Source: Trichoplax sp. H2
Taxonomy: Eukaryota
Length of the DNA: 57,479 nt
Assembly (NCBI GenBank): GCA_003344405.1
Contig: NOWV01000117.1
Span: 186,001 to 243,479 of the forward strand
Direction of reading: 5' to 3'
Below the pieces are notes generated by a model. It worked only from the letters and a program-made list of their open reading frames with translations, did no database searches and was not told the origin of the DNA. The position numbers were made by a program, and so were the translations under genes. Every line of letters starts with the position of its first letter. Position 1 is the first letter of the stretch. Of this stretch, positions 13,901 through 26,800 are shown piece after piece.

Positions 13901-16900
13901 AAAAATAACGTATAGCAATTTCAGTATCAACTATCCAGTAATCAATCTCGGCAAATAACGAAATAAAAGTAACTGCTGTATAGTCGCGATTAACTCATTT
14001 GTCCTAATTGGTAATTGTTGTTAACCAGTAAATTTCAGTACTAAGTACTTTTGAATCTTACATACCCCATAAAGACATGAATACGGCAAAGAAAACCGTG
14101 AAACCATTATCGAATAAGTGTTGGGCCTATATTCAATATATTCAACATACTTTACATAGGTAAAAGGGCATACAACGTAATATTTAATCTAAGTGCGTTT
14201 CTTTACGTAGTTCGCTGTCGTAGAAAGAAACAATTTTGTTATATTAAATTACATGCCTTAGCATAATTGCAAGTTGTTCTCAATTCCCAGTAAGGACATA
14301 GTTCATCACATAGTGGACACATGTAAAACTGCTTGCGAAGGTTATAACTGCAAATCTCGGAGCTGTTTAGTATACATATAGTTTTAATTTGAGGGTCAAC
14401 ATTACCTGATTTACATTTTGTGGTTAATCTATTTATTCTCATATGAGTTTGAAACTTACGAGACTTTGTTACTTCCCATAGTAAATAAACCATAAAGGAA
14501 ACATAAAACTCCAAGGATTGAGGCAGGTATAAGCATTCCGGTGTAGAATCCTGATGAAGGAGATATATTATCGCTTAATATCATTTATAATTTTCAAAAT
14601 TTACTCGCATCTAACCTAGCCATGCGAAATAAATTCCAATCTTTTCACCAAAGTATTTTCTGTTGTAACATTAGGAAGGCATTAACATGTTGAGTATTGA
14701 TGTAAAAGATTAGTATCCGCATATGTTAACTTACATAAAGATCAAATAATCCTAATATGGAATACCCTTTTATCGTTCACCTGACTAAATCGAGAGGTTG
14801 AAATTTATACCATCTTCCCGGTCGTGCCCATTCTTGTCGAAGAAGTTGTCGATCGTTTTCTGGTGCATGAGTGAGGAGAGATTCGCCAAATTCCGAAGGC
14901 CCCTATTATAAATAAAGTTAAACTTTCGGATTAAAATCTTTGATAGTTTCTAGGGGATAAAGATCGAGAGGTAGAAAAAAGCTTAAATTGTAGTGTAAAA
15001 ATTTTTTACATCATGAAGAGGAAATGATTTCTCAAAAGCACCCTTGGATATCAAACGATAAGCTCCTATTGTAATAATTATAATTATGAAGGTATAAAAA
15101 ACTTCAAAGAAGGTACTACGCATATCAGTGATATTGAACTAATTGATTATAAATACTTAAAGAACGCTAGGCAAAGTCATCAATGCTTTAAAAATTATTT
15201 GCTCACCAAATTTTGTCCTGTCATTTTCTTTATAATCAACGCGTTTGAGGATATAGTCAACCTGTCAGATTCAGTAAAATTGCTCCATTACAATTATAAC
15301 AATAAAGTGTAGGCGTTATAATATAGTCTAGCCATAACTTTTGGTTATAGCTTAAACATAGCAGGTAAAGACTAACCACAGCGCTTCTCTGAGCTGAGGT
15401 GAAAAAGGTATCGCGATCTTCGATGAGAAACCTAACGCATTGTTACATAGTCATACGTTCTAGGAAGGTTACATAACTCATCTACCTATGTGATTTTTCT
15501 ACCATTATTACTGACTTACTTGTTGATTGCAGAATTTTTAAACGCACAGGTATAGTGAGGATTATAGTCCTTTTCAAGGTAAGGACTATCCAATTCAAAT
15601 GGACTAGGGCACGTTTGGCAAGTTGGTTCAGGCTCGATGAATTCATGGTCATTATTTAATGCACTCTGTTAATAGCATAGAATAGATAACTTTTCTAAAA
15701 CAGATCAAAGGCTGTTAATGTAGATGATTGTTGAATTGAGACACACTATCTGTTGTATTCTTTACCCAGGAAAATCTGACACTTAGTTGTACAGTATATT
15801 ATTATTACAAAATATGGCAAAAATGAAACTGCAAATACCCCTTAATAGAGTTTGGTATTCGAGTAGAAAAATGAGCAACTTGATTGACTAAAGATTAAAA
15901 GTTGTTACAATTTACGCTAAGTTAAGGAGATGTAACCTCTTTGATAGGCATATTAAATCTCATGATTTCAGCGTACTCCAAGAGGGTTGTCCAAGGTGCA
16001 TGAATTTTGATATAGTTCGTGACTTTATCAACTGAAGCCTGCCATTAGTAAAGATTTAAAAATACCTTATTACTCAATCGATTTCATTGAGCCCTTTTAC
16101 ATGATTTTCCAAAACATTTCTTTTGGTATAAATCATATTTGCAACATACTATCTAAAAACGAATATCTGTATTTATGACAATCATATGCTTACCTCAGAA
16201 GATTGTTCTTCTAACTGCACTTTAGCAAGATCGCGCAACGAGTCCAAAAATGCTTTGCGTCTCTCTAAGTTTTTATGCTCCTTTTCTGCATCGCTTGAGA
16301 TTTTGTACGTTAAAACCCAATCTGTTGAAATACGGGATATTCAATTATAGTGCATTGTACTCAATAACATGAAGCTATATTATGATCGTTCTAGAAATCT
16401 TTTTCGATTTATCCAATTTTAATAGCGTGTTCTATCAAAACCTAATATAGCGATTTAATATGGCTAAAATTACAGTCATACGCAAACGAATTATTCTGGA
16501 TGGTATGACAAATATTGTCACTTCAGATCTGCATCATAACGATAAGGAAGACTTTACCCACAATAACATTATGCGATAAGGCTTATACAATCTACAACTA
16601 TCTGGGTATGTACTGTACTACTTCAATCGACGAAGCAGAACCTAATGCAAGCGTTCAATTCTAAATAAACTGGTGTACAATTAGCATTTTTTTAGACCAG
16701 TTCTATCAGCAATACTGTGTAGATAGTGGATTTATTTAGTACTATTTCGTATTCTATGAAATTGTTAATTTCTAATAGCCATTTAATGGATGGATCATTT
16801 ACTAACCTATTCTTCTTTCGCCGTCGTTAAAATAGACAGAATTGCTTTTCTTTTCCTATGCAATTCAAGAATGAGCATTAAAAGAAAGAAGAAGAATGAA

Positions 16901-19138
16901 TAATCATGCGGTTGTGATGATTTTGTGGTGTATTTATTATACTATACTCGTACTTTATTATTGTTTGAACCGAATAAGTGCAGATGTGTTGTTTAGGAAT
17001 GATAAACTGAAATGTGCTATTTACTGATTACGAATAAATGTTGTCCTAACTTTGATCAATTTACAAGTTCTACAGTCGATGTAAAGGAAATAACAACATG
17101 TTATCCAAATAATGCCAATAGTAAGGCAAATAATACAAAGCATTATTATTCGGTAATTATATGCGCGTATGACTGGTATGGAGCCATACTGAATGATAAT
17201 TAATTATCATGATAGTAGAAAAGATTCTATGTAAATTACAGTCCAACAGACACTGGCTAGGGCTTCATACCAGGATTAAAAAGCTGTTAAGGATTAGCAG
17301 GAAAACGTTAAATTAAAACATAACAGTCTCGTCTAGTCGTTTCATCCATTTCTACCGTATTTTAACCTGTACTAAGGTTGTTTCTCACAGGAGAGAAATC
17401 GATACAACTATCCTATGTTGAATGATAACGAGAAAAGAAAAACCATAACTGGTGACGTTACAGTGGAAACCCTCGAGAGTCTCTCGAAGGTCTGTAGTGT
17501 GTTGTACCCTACTGTCAATAAATTTTGCATTTGCCGTTCGAATTTTCTAGTTATCGCTTCGTCGTAAGTGCAATTTCCACAGAATTACTGAGCCTTCAAC
17601 GAATCGTTTTCCTTTTATTTCATTGAACATCACTAAAAAAAGTTCTCAAACATACGTACGACTAGTCACTAAGATATCAAAAGTATAGTAGCTGCCATCG
17701 ACTACTTCAATCGCTTGTTGTCAACGGTATCCACCTGCACATTATCTAGTCTACGGGTATTCGAGATACAATATTTAGACTGGTACCAACAAGCCAGATA
17801 ACATTGGTATCTAAGCGTTCGATGGCGATAAGCCAATCCATTCTACTGTACAGTACAGAATTTTTTCATTAGGGCGTCAAAAATCTTCCAATTCATTACT
17901 TGGAAATACAATATTTCCTGATTTATAGGACCTTTAAGTATTGGTTTTACTTTTCTATTTTTTTCCTTGGTTAGCCAATGTTGTATAACATGGGCTTCAA
18001 TTCACTACAACATGACAGGAAAAAGATGACATGCTCTACTCAACAGTGACACCAGAAACGTTTGTAGAGAGATCGTTTATGCATTGAACTGAATGTCAAA
18101 CGATTTGACTTAATAATAATAAATATTATAATAATTATTATTATAATGAAGTCGTTGTTCAATAGTCGGGCGTGCCCGAATCACGATCACCACTGTCGAT
18201 GACCGCGAGTAGCGTTGGTTCGCCTATACTGAAGTCTTTGCGGCCAAAGTCAATTTGTTACTCTGGTCTTTCCGTGTAACGGCTACTGGGAGTGGTTAGT
18301 CCGTGCGTCAATAATTTATTGATCAGTCTAACCTTGGTGTGTCACTTTAACGCCATTTTAACTTGGAAAAGAAATGGTAGATATAATAATTATTAATGCC
18401 TACTACGTCAATTTTAATAAGGAAAAGTTGCCATTACTGTAACGCTCTTCATGTTTATAATCTTTCTTCACGGGTAGGCATTAGATCGAGCTAGGAGAGT
18501 TACTTATTAGTTCAAAGATGAGCGTAAAGCAGTAACATTGTTTATGACAATATTCGCCTTCATCGCAACCGTTTCAAGAGCTGTGCAAAGTACAGTAGAT
18601 GCTGTATGTAGGGCGTTTTACCGTCATCACTGTCGATACCATCTTATCAAGTTATCGATTCTAAGTGTGCAATAGTAATTTTTCGCTACACCGACCAAAA
18701 GTATTCAAATTGTACGATACTGTAGTGTATAATGTCGTAGAAGCAAACTGGATTACCTATACAGTATATATAAATTACATAGCATACTTGTCGATAGCAT
18801 ATCGATGCGACATGGGTGTTCGTCAATGACCAAGCGCAATTTTTAGAAAACAAATAAAAGAATCATTTTGTTTTTACCTTTGTATGAACTCCACTTGCAC
18901 TAGCAATATCTCGATCCCTTCGCTTTCCTTCACCACCAGGACTTTGAGATCTTCCCGATTCTTTATGAAGTGATTCCATGCTAACTGCTTCTACAGGCCT
19001 TGGATGCTCGCTCGATTTGAATCCAATCGGCGGATTCTTATCAGCAGAATGTGGTGATCCAACATCACTAAATCCCAAGGGACGAGAACTTCCAGAGTTT
19101 TTAAAGCCGATTTGGGGTGGCTCTTGTTGGTAGGACAT
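10988..19138 (-). CDS. ANO: Anoctamin/TMEM16 Ca2+-activated channel or scramblase (ANO1-7-like), about 27 exons
   Basis: ATG at 19138 (MSYQQEPPQ), first exon to 18878. Family motifs lie in successive exons: [129 protein letters not shown]...KREEYL. Last exon is 11134-10988 (TAA). The acidic/Asn Ca2+-site residues (NNxxE, EYLE, EIRLD) are intact. Paralogue not assigned. Confidence 0.96.
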
Positions 19139-19456
19139 CTTTGATAGCAAAGGCTGTCTGATCGTCTATTATGCGCGATACGATTGTAGAAAGAGATTCA
19201 CTGTTCACAGTTTTCAAAGTTATAGCTAATAGCCTTCTGTTCGTTGACAGTTAATACAGGTTAGATGAGAAACAAGTATAAGTGACAACTGTAGCGCAGT
19301 TGCCTGGAGAGGGTACTGTAAGTAGGTACAGATGTGACTCGATGTGACTGACAACTGGGTTTACAGAGCCTATACTGCTGACTAGAGAATAATGCTCTAC
19401 AGTACTACAGCGCTAGTTAGGTAACAAGTAAAGACTGGAAGTACCGTAGTTACACA

Positions 19457-20742
19457 TACTGTACACTGTACAGTACAGTACACTGTACAGTAAGCATGCA
19501 CAAATAAAGCGAGTGACTTATTGTATCAGCGACTAATTGCCCATGCGCATTTAAACGCAACTTGTGGAAGATCCACAGTATGGCAGGCATCGTACAGTAC
19601 AGTACTTACGGTAGATTACAGTAAAATGACAGATTCGTGTCAATGAACTCGTCTAGTACTATCGTTTGATATGCAATTTGTTCAAGTTCTGTACATTTTT
19701 TTTATTTTGTTGTAGTTCAAATCAGGAAAGATTTTCTCGGACACTTTGTAGAATGACTGGATAAATAGTCAGTTTCATCATTCTTGTACTGAACCTTGAA
19801 CTACTACTCTACTAGAAGAAGACCTGGACTGATCGCTCCCTCGAACAAATCAGGCTGTAAATGTTCCAAAATGACTACTTATTATGGATCTTCCCTGTTA
19901 GCTTTCTAAATTACCGGTACTAATTGAAATGATATCTATGATCTTATATAACTGTTTTCAAGCAGAACTTTGTAACAAATAAAAAGATCAAAAGATTCAA
20001 AGCAATATTACTTCTTTGAGAAAATATCCGCTCAATTCAAAATCGACCGACTTGTTACTAAAGTAGTGCAAAAACAAAGTGTTTGCCACACTACTTTGAC
20101 GTGATGAGTCCGAAAATGTCTGTCCGTCCAAGTGTGATAGTAGTCCATGACTGAACCAGGAACTACGCTACTTTAGTCGCTCAGTACTACAGTACTGTAC
20201 ACTAGGCCCAGCCATAATAACCCCGATTACTCAGATACTCAGCGTAAATAGCTTAAACGATGATACATTACTGTACACTGTACTGTACAGTATTGGATAC
20301 TAAAAGGAAAGAAAGAGGGACGTACAGTACAGTACAGTACAGTAAAGCGGCCCTCAGTGCAAAATAACGTGGAGGCCTATCATTTTCCGGTCATTCTACT
20401 GTACTGTACAGTACTGTACTACAGCATACGGTACCTATGAAACCGTATATCATACTGTACACTGAGTGTATAGGATGTCCAGTACTGTACAGTAGTAAGT
20501 AGTCTTAGAAGTAGCCGTACTGTACAGTACAGTACAGTACAGTACGTACAGTACAGTGTACCAGAGAACGGTACCGTCTGTACTGTACATTGTACTACTG
20601 CTAGATCAGAAGCATGTAGATCACATGACATATGCGCATGGATCACATGACATATGCGCATTTTTCTTGGTGCTACAGTATTGTACTGTACAGTACTGTA
20701 CAAAAAAACAACCTACCGTACAGTACTGTACAGTACAGTACT
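19457..20742. repeat. Clusters of (TACAG)n/(CTGTA)n pentamer microsatellite forming TACTGTACAGTA palindromes
   Basis: Runs at about 19457-19492, 19592-19604, 20183-20200, 20269-20292, 20322-20344, 20397-20420, 20452-20492, 20517-20600 and 20674-20742, in both orientations. Confidence 0.9.
20619..20661. repeat. Short tandem duplication (GATCACATGACATATGCGCAT)x2
   Basis: Exact 21-nt unit at 20619 and 20641 (period 22), embedded between pentamer arrays. Confidence 0.85.
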
Positions 20743-20872
20743 TTGCAATATTAACCAACAAGTGACAGGTACCAAGTTAATAAGCCTGTGCAAGTTTCTT
20801 TGCGGATGCCTTCAAGGTAAGCTAAAATGTTGCTACTGTCTCCAATTTTCATGCATACTTTCAGTCAATTTC

Positions 20873-21004
20873 TAGTTCTCTTCGTTCATTACAAGCAACG
20901 TTGCCAAATCCCATTCATTTTTATACAATCTGTTTCATTAGTTCTCTTCGTTCATTACAAGCAACGTTGCCAAATCCCATTCATTTTTATACAATCTGTT
21001 TCAT
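20873..21004. repeat. Perfect 66-bp tandem duplication
   Basis: TAGTTCTCTTCGTTCATTACAAGCAACG...CAATCTGTTTCAT at 20873-20938 and 20939-21004. Confidence 0.95.
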
Positions 21005-21120
21005 AAGACAAAAATATCTTACTTGTATAGCGTCGATAGATTTTAATGAACTCACTAGCTCGATATAAACTTCGCCGCTATCTGCTGGATATTGACTATT
21101 GTTGAGCACTGAATTCCATC

Positions 21121-21141
21121 ATGACGTAATTTAGCCAATCA
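21121..21141 (+). promoter_or_regulatory. Candidate bZIP (CRE/PAR-like ATGACGTAAT) site next to a CCAAT box, upstream of the amino-acid transporter
   Basis: ATGACGTAATTTAGCCAATCA about 570 nt upstream of ATG 21695. Motif match only. Confidence 0.35.
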
Positions 21142-21694
21142 AGAGAATGATTTAATTTTATTCACTCTATTTTGCATGCTTAGGATTCGTTAATTTAACC
21201 CTAGTAGTTTGTATATACTGTTAATTATAGAATATTGATCCTTTCTATTTGATAGACAGGAGTTTATGAAGAATTGATTTTTGGTGTTATTTTTTGTATA
21301 TACAGTACATTCAACACATACTCTACCACTACAGCATACTGTACAGTCGAGTACATGCTCCAATTGCTTTATCCTACTACATTGCTGGTTGAAAAGCCAG
21401 CCTAAAAATAAAATTATATTATACTAAGATAGATATTGACAGTAAAAAGATTAGCATAGGTGTACAGTATTACAATCTGTCAATTCGTAATCTCCTAATT
21501 GAATGGTGATACCGTTAAGGTGTTATTAATTAGCTACGCATGCAGATATTTTACAATTAATTATCCTTGCATTGTATTACAATATATATATAATTAATTT
21601 GAAACATACTGTATATCTGTTGATAATTAATTACTGCAGTGCTATCATTTTGTTTGTTACTTAGCTAGTGACTTGAATATCGTTAGTGATCTAA

Positions 21695-23854
21695 ATGACC
21701 GATTCGTCACCACATTCAAAGTTGGATTCACCAGAAGTATCTGCAATAGAAGAAATGTCTCAAGAAATGAACGTCATAGTACCGCCTACTGAAATAGCTA
21801 AAGGAATCGGTGTCGCCACAACCGCATTTTTTATTGTAGCAGAAATGGCTGGAAGTGGTGTGCTAGCTTTACCCAAGGCTGTTGTGGAAAGTGGCTATAC
21901 TGGTATCGGATTAATTGTTGTAGCTTCTATCATGTCTGCTTACACCGGCAAGATTTTAGGTAAATGACATAATAATATTTTAGGTTAAAATCAACCACAA
22001 ACTTCGCTAATTCAATGGTAGAGAAATATACGCGTACAATGGCTAGAATGTAGCAGAAGCACCACAGTGATAGTAGCACTATTAACATCATCCATTTCCT
22101 GCATTAGCAGCAAATTTTCATCAGTTGCTGGTGTTATGTATTTTGTGATAGACACACACTGTGAGTAAAAAATTGGATGTTTATAGTTTTCAGTACACGT
22201 ACAGTATGCACTTAGTATGCAGAACTTTATTTTACGCTATCGTATATACGCATACTTCATAATTGCTAACTATCTATTGTAACCTGGTTTGCTCCTACGG
22301 AGTGTGACTAGTTACAGCACTGTAAGTTGGAAAGTCTGCCGTTCGTTAAAATATTAAGCTACTGTATCACTAGTGCTACCGTTGCAAAATAAATGTCGCT
22401 ATATTTAACAGCATACTTGACGATGTTAGAGTATGCAATATAATCATTTATTGTCATTGATGTTTGTATGTTATTTGGTAGGTGATTGCTGGAATATTTT
22501 ATTAGATAAACTACCTCAATATCGAGAACATAATCGTTATCCTTATCCGTCGATTGGATACGAAGCAATTGGACCTGCTGGCAGATATCTAGTATCAATA
22601 TGTGTTAATTTAACACTTTTTGGAGTTGGTGTTGTTTTCTTAATCTTAGCGTCAAATAATCTGATATCTCTAATTGATACGCACAATATCAGTTACGCTG
22701 GCTGGCTAGCTATTTGCGCAGCATTTGTGACACCTTTAATGTGGTTTGGAACCCCAAAAGATTTTTGGTTTATTGGAATATTATCCGCAGCATGTACTAT
22801 CACTGCTGTTATTCTTATCTTTATCAATTTAATGCTAATCGCACCTGCACCACAAGACTTGGCTAGTGTCCCTCAAGCGCCAGTTACGTTTACATCCTTT
22901 TTCTTCGCCTTTGGTGCTATTTTATTCGCCTACGGAGGTCATGCGGCTTTTCCAACTGTTCAACATGACATGAGAGAACCATCTAAATTTAAACAATCAA
23001 TTCTCATTTCCTATACCACGGTCAATTGTCTATACCTCCCTATTGCTATAGCTGGATTTTTAATTTTTGGGAGAAATGCTGAAACTGCCGATATCTTGCT
23101 AACATTGAAGAAATCTGGTCGGGGAGGTGCTATACTTGCTATCGCTGAGGTTTTAATTACTTTACACGCTCTTTTTGGCTTTATTATTGTCCAAAATCCA
23201 TTAGCTCAAGAAATCGAAAATATTTTTAAAGTACCCAATAGTAAGTATAATTGAATGTGAATTATTTATGCTTAATTACTATATCAATCTTTTTTGGTTT
23301 AAGCGTTATTGTTCACTTTAGTAGCTATTAAAAAAAATGTTATCGTGATTGATTTTGACGTACTCGATTAGATACTGTAACCCTAAATCTTATAAGCCAT
23401 GTGCTTTTTTTTATGTACCGTATATGTAGTAAACCCGCAATTGTATTCTATGAAATGAAATGGCATTAGCTATCAGATGTGTTGCATGCAATTGCAGAAC
23501 AATTAATCATTCATTCAACATAAACTTTATCGCGTATAAATTTTATTCATAGAATTTTGCTGGCAGCGTGTTGTACTTCGTACTATTCAAGTTGGTGCTG
23601 TGCTTGGTCTAGCTGAAGCTGTGCCTAAATTTGGAGCAGTACTATCATTAATTGGTGGCTCAACTGTTACCGCTTTAACCTTCATCTTTCCATCTTTGTT
23701 TTACCTTATCTTAAAGAAAAAATTAGCTCGTAAGCCGATTTCCTTAGTTGAATATACCATCAATATAGAATTGATTGCAATAGGATTTTTGGGGGGTATT
23801 GCATCGACCTATTCCGCCATTGTTGGAATTGGAAAAGCTTTTGCACCAAAATAG
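21695..23854 (+). CDS. Amino-acid transporter, Aa_trans/AAAP superfamily, 3 exons, 441 aa
   Basis: Exons 21695-21959, 22482-23240 and 23553-23854 (phases 1 and 1, total 1326 nt). Motifs AGSGVLALPKA, YPYPSIGYEAIG, FAYGGHAAFPTVQHDMREPSKF and LSLIGGSTVTALTFIFP, with multiple TM helices. Confidence 0.95.
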
Positions 23855-26800
23855 ATTATAATTTAATATTTTTCCTTTAACAATTTTTACTGAATTGTGG
23901 TCTTGAGATGTCAAAAAATTCGCTCACACTCAATTTATACAGCTCTGTTAAAATTATCTCTTATCTACTTAGCTTGATAGCATGGAACAATCAAGCTTCG
24001 ACGTTTCTTCTTAGTAAAACTTACATGAATGCGTGATTTTTTATCGTATTTATGATTTCAGTCAACTATTGTGATATACAATTGTACATGTAGATTATTG
24101 GTACGAATTGATAGGTTATATTCATTTATTATAATAGCTTCACAAAGACAGTAATGGATGCTAATTGACACATTTTTAAGTATCGAAAGGACTTCGTCGC
24201 TCGTCAGCACCTTATTATTTACGCTGTTGATTTCTTATTGCTTTTATAAGTATTTTTTAATCATGGCTGCTAATGAAACGATGTAGTGAACTTTGCGTGA
24301 ACGTAGGATATCTTGAAAAGATAATTAATTTTTATAAAAAGTCATTTAATTAGATAATAATACAGTATTATTTCGAGTATAAAATTTAACCAGATTTTTA
24401 TCGAATCCTTTGATCACTATAGGATAAACGAGAGTCGAAGCTTGATATTTCTAGAATGTACCTTGATTAGCTTATTAGATCCCCATAATGTCAGATAGAC
24501 ATATTCGTGTCCTTTTTCTGCTAGAGTTCTCTTATACTGCACTTCATTTGCACTTTATCAAAATTTGAACTGGCGAATGAGTATATATTTTTTTATCTTG
24601 ATTTTAAGAAGTTCATTTGCTGATAGGGCATATTATTCATTTTAAATGTTATAGTAAGACGATATTTTTCTTCAACGACTATTTCAGCTGAATAACTATG
24701 CTAAAGTTGGTAAGAAGTAAATAGCTACTTCATAGACCAATTTATTATTGCTAAATAAGATTAAAAGATATTTAAACTATCGATTTATTGATATATATAT
24801 ATTAGTCTTTGGTCTTAGTAGTACTTCGACGATATGACCCTGCTGTATTGTTCATTTATGGAGTGAATTTTTTTATATTAAATTTAATACCATTTACGAA
24901 ACTGGTACAGTCCAATCGTGGTGCATATCTTAGCGAAGCCGTCATCATTTCTATCATTACACCAAGGACGTGATAATTGATGAACGAATGAAAATATGCA
25001 TGACCTGTTGTTACCAGACTGTTGTTAATCAATTATATCTATTTATTATCAATTGAAAGGTCACTTGAATTTAGAAGGGAGTAAACAAATGATAAAATGC
25101 AAGATATTAGCATTATGTAATTCTTTCTATAAGATTGGATTATATAAGCTAGAGAAGTATCAAGGATTAATTTAGAAAGCTTTTACCAACTGTAATGGCA
25201 TTATTGTAATTATTAGAAGCGTAACCTTGAACTATCAGACCACAAGTGATGATGTCATTTTATTGAATCTTATCGCATTATAAATCCGAAGTAAAAACCT
25301 CTATAGATGACATTAATGTTTATTCGGATAGCGAGAAGGTTGCTGACAAATTAGGTTCTATTAATATCGCGTAAGGTCGTAATCGGATATAAAGCATCTG
25401 TTGCTATATTGAGAGAATCCTTTATTGAAATATTTTCTAAACCAAAAGTTAATCAGACTCATTAATAATTTGTGATGTTACCATGTTACCAATTTTAAAT
25501 TGAAGTAGTAAGTGGGGTGATCTGTCTATAAAATTAATTGGAACTAACTATTACTCTTCTTGGATGCTTATTAGTGGATTTAAATCTTTCGACTTCTTGT
25601 GAATTAAGAATGTAATAAAGTAAAACATCTATAAGGTATAGAATGAATTTAAAAAATCGTGATAAAATTCAATTCTGAAAGCAAGATAGCTAGCAAATGC
25701 AATAAACAACTATCGTAAAATAAGATCCTTCAAATTTTAAATTCTAAACAGAAAGTGAATGAACTGATTTCTCATTCAAGGGTCTACTAATATAACGCAA
25801 TTGCTGTCGCCTTAGTTAAATTGAAATCATGGTTTCATTTCTTACCAGTTACATATTCCTTAGTAATATCGATCTTTGTTGTCAATTATTTTATCCATGT
25901 TACTAGTGAGTTGCTCAAATAGAAATATCAGTTGAGACTGCTAAAAATATAACACGTATCATTTAATTAAATGCCCATTTTATGTTTAACATTCAACCCA
26001 TACTTAAAATTTTTCGTTCTGATCAATACACAAATGACTTCATTAGTATAACGGTGATTGATCTCTCTCGTATTTAAGTCTCATTAAATATCGATGGTTT
26101 AGCTACAAGCAGTAATCCCATCTCAGGGTTACATTTGGTAAATTGTGCTTGAAAGGATTATGTTCTTAATTTTATGATCATTAGTTTATTACCGATTTTA
26201 TGCGTATAACTGCAACAGCTTCTTTAGAAAATTAATAAATTACATCTATAATGGATTAAGTTCTCTCTATGTCTGGTTTTTGCACTAATTTAGACTGTAT
26301 AGTAATAGAAAATCTCATACGGCAGTACAACAGTGGAAGTATTGAGAATAGGTCAATGTAGAATCTTTTTAATTACTAGTATGGTTATTTCACTGTCTAG
26401 TCTAGAAGAATATTTTTAAAATGTCAATGCGCGTTTTTTTCATCCATCAACTCACAATTATCCTAAACATTTTTATTAAATGCCGATTTGTATTGGCGAC
26501 AACATAATGTCTGTTCTGCATAGACGAAATGGATAATAGCTAACCATTGGATATTTATCGTAATAACATGTGATCAACTCAGTAAGGGGTAATTATAATA
26601 GCAGTTGCTTTAATTACATAAAATTGTTTCTATAGTATTACTATAATTTCTTTAAATTAATTCTAATTATCTCTACATAGCTATATGAAATATCTGAATC
26701 AGTATATAGTAATTTTTGTTCCTGTCAGGAATAAAATGATTATTATTAATAATTCTTCCTTCATATTCATCGTGTCATAAATATTCGAGAAATGATTCTT

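Noticed and set aside
19718-19786. Minus-strand C/D snoRNA-like pattern (ATGATGA...CTGA, 4-bp terminal stem), and a similar + strand pattern at 20101-20154
   Set aside because: No recognisable rRNA/snRNA guide, no proper C'/D' boxes, and no evident host intron. Such short boxes arise by chance. An Infernal/snoscan hit would be needed.
20419-20875. ORFs rich in TVQY/CTVL on both strands
   Set aside because: They are translations of the pentamer microsatellite, not genes.
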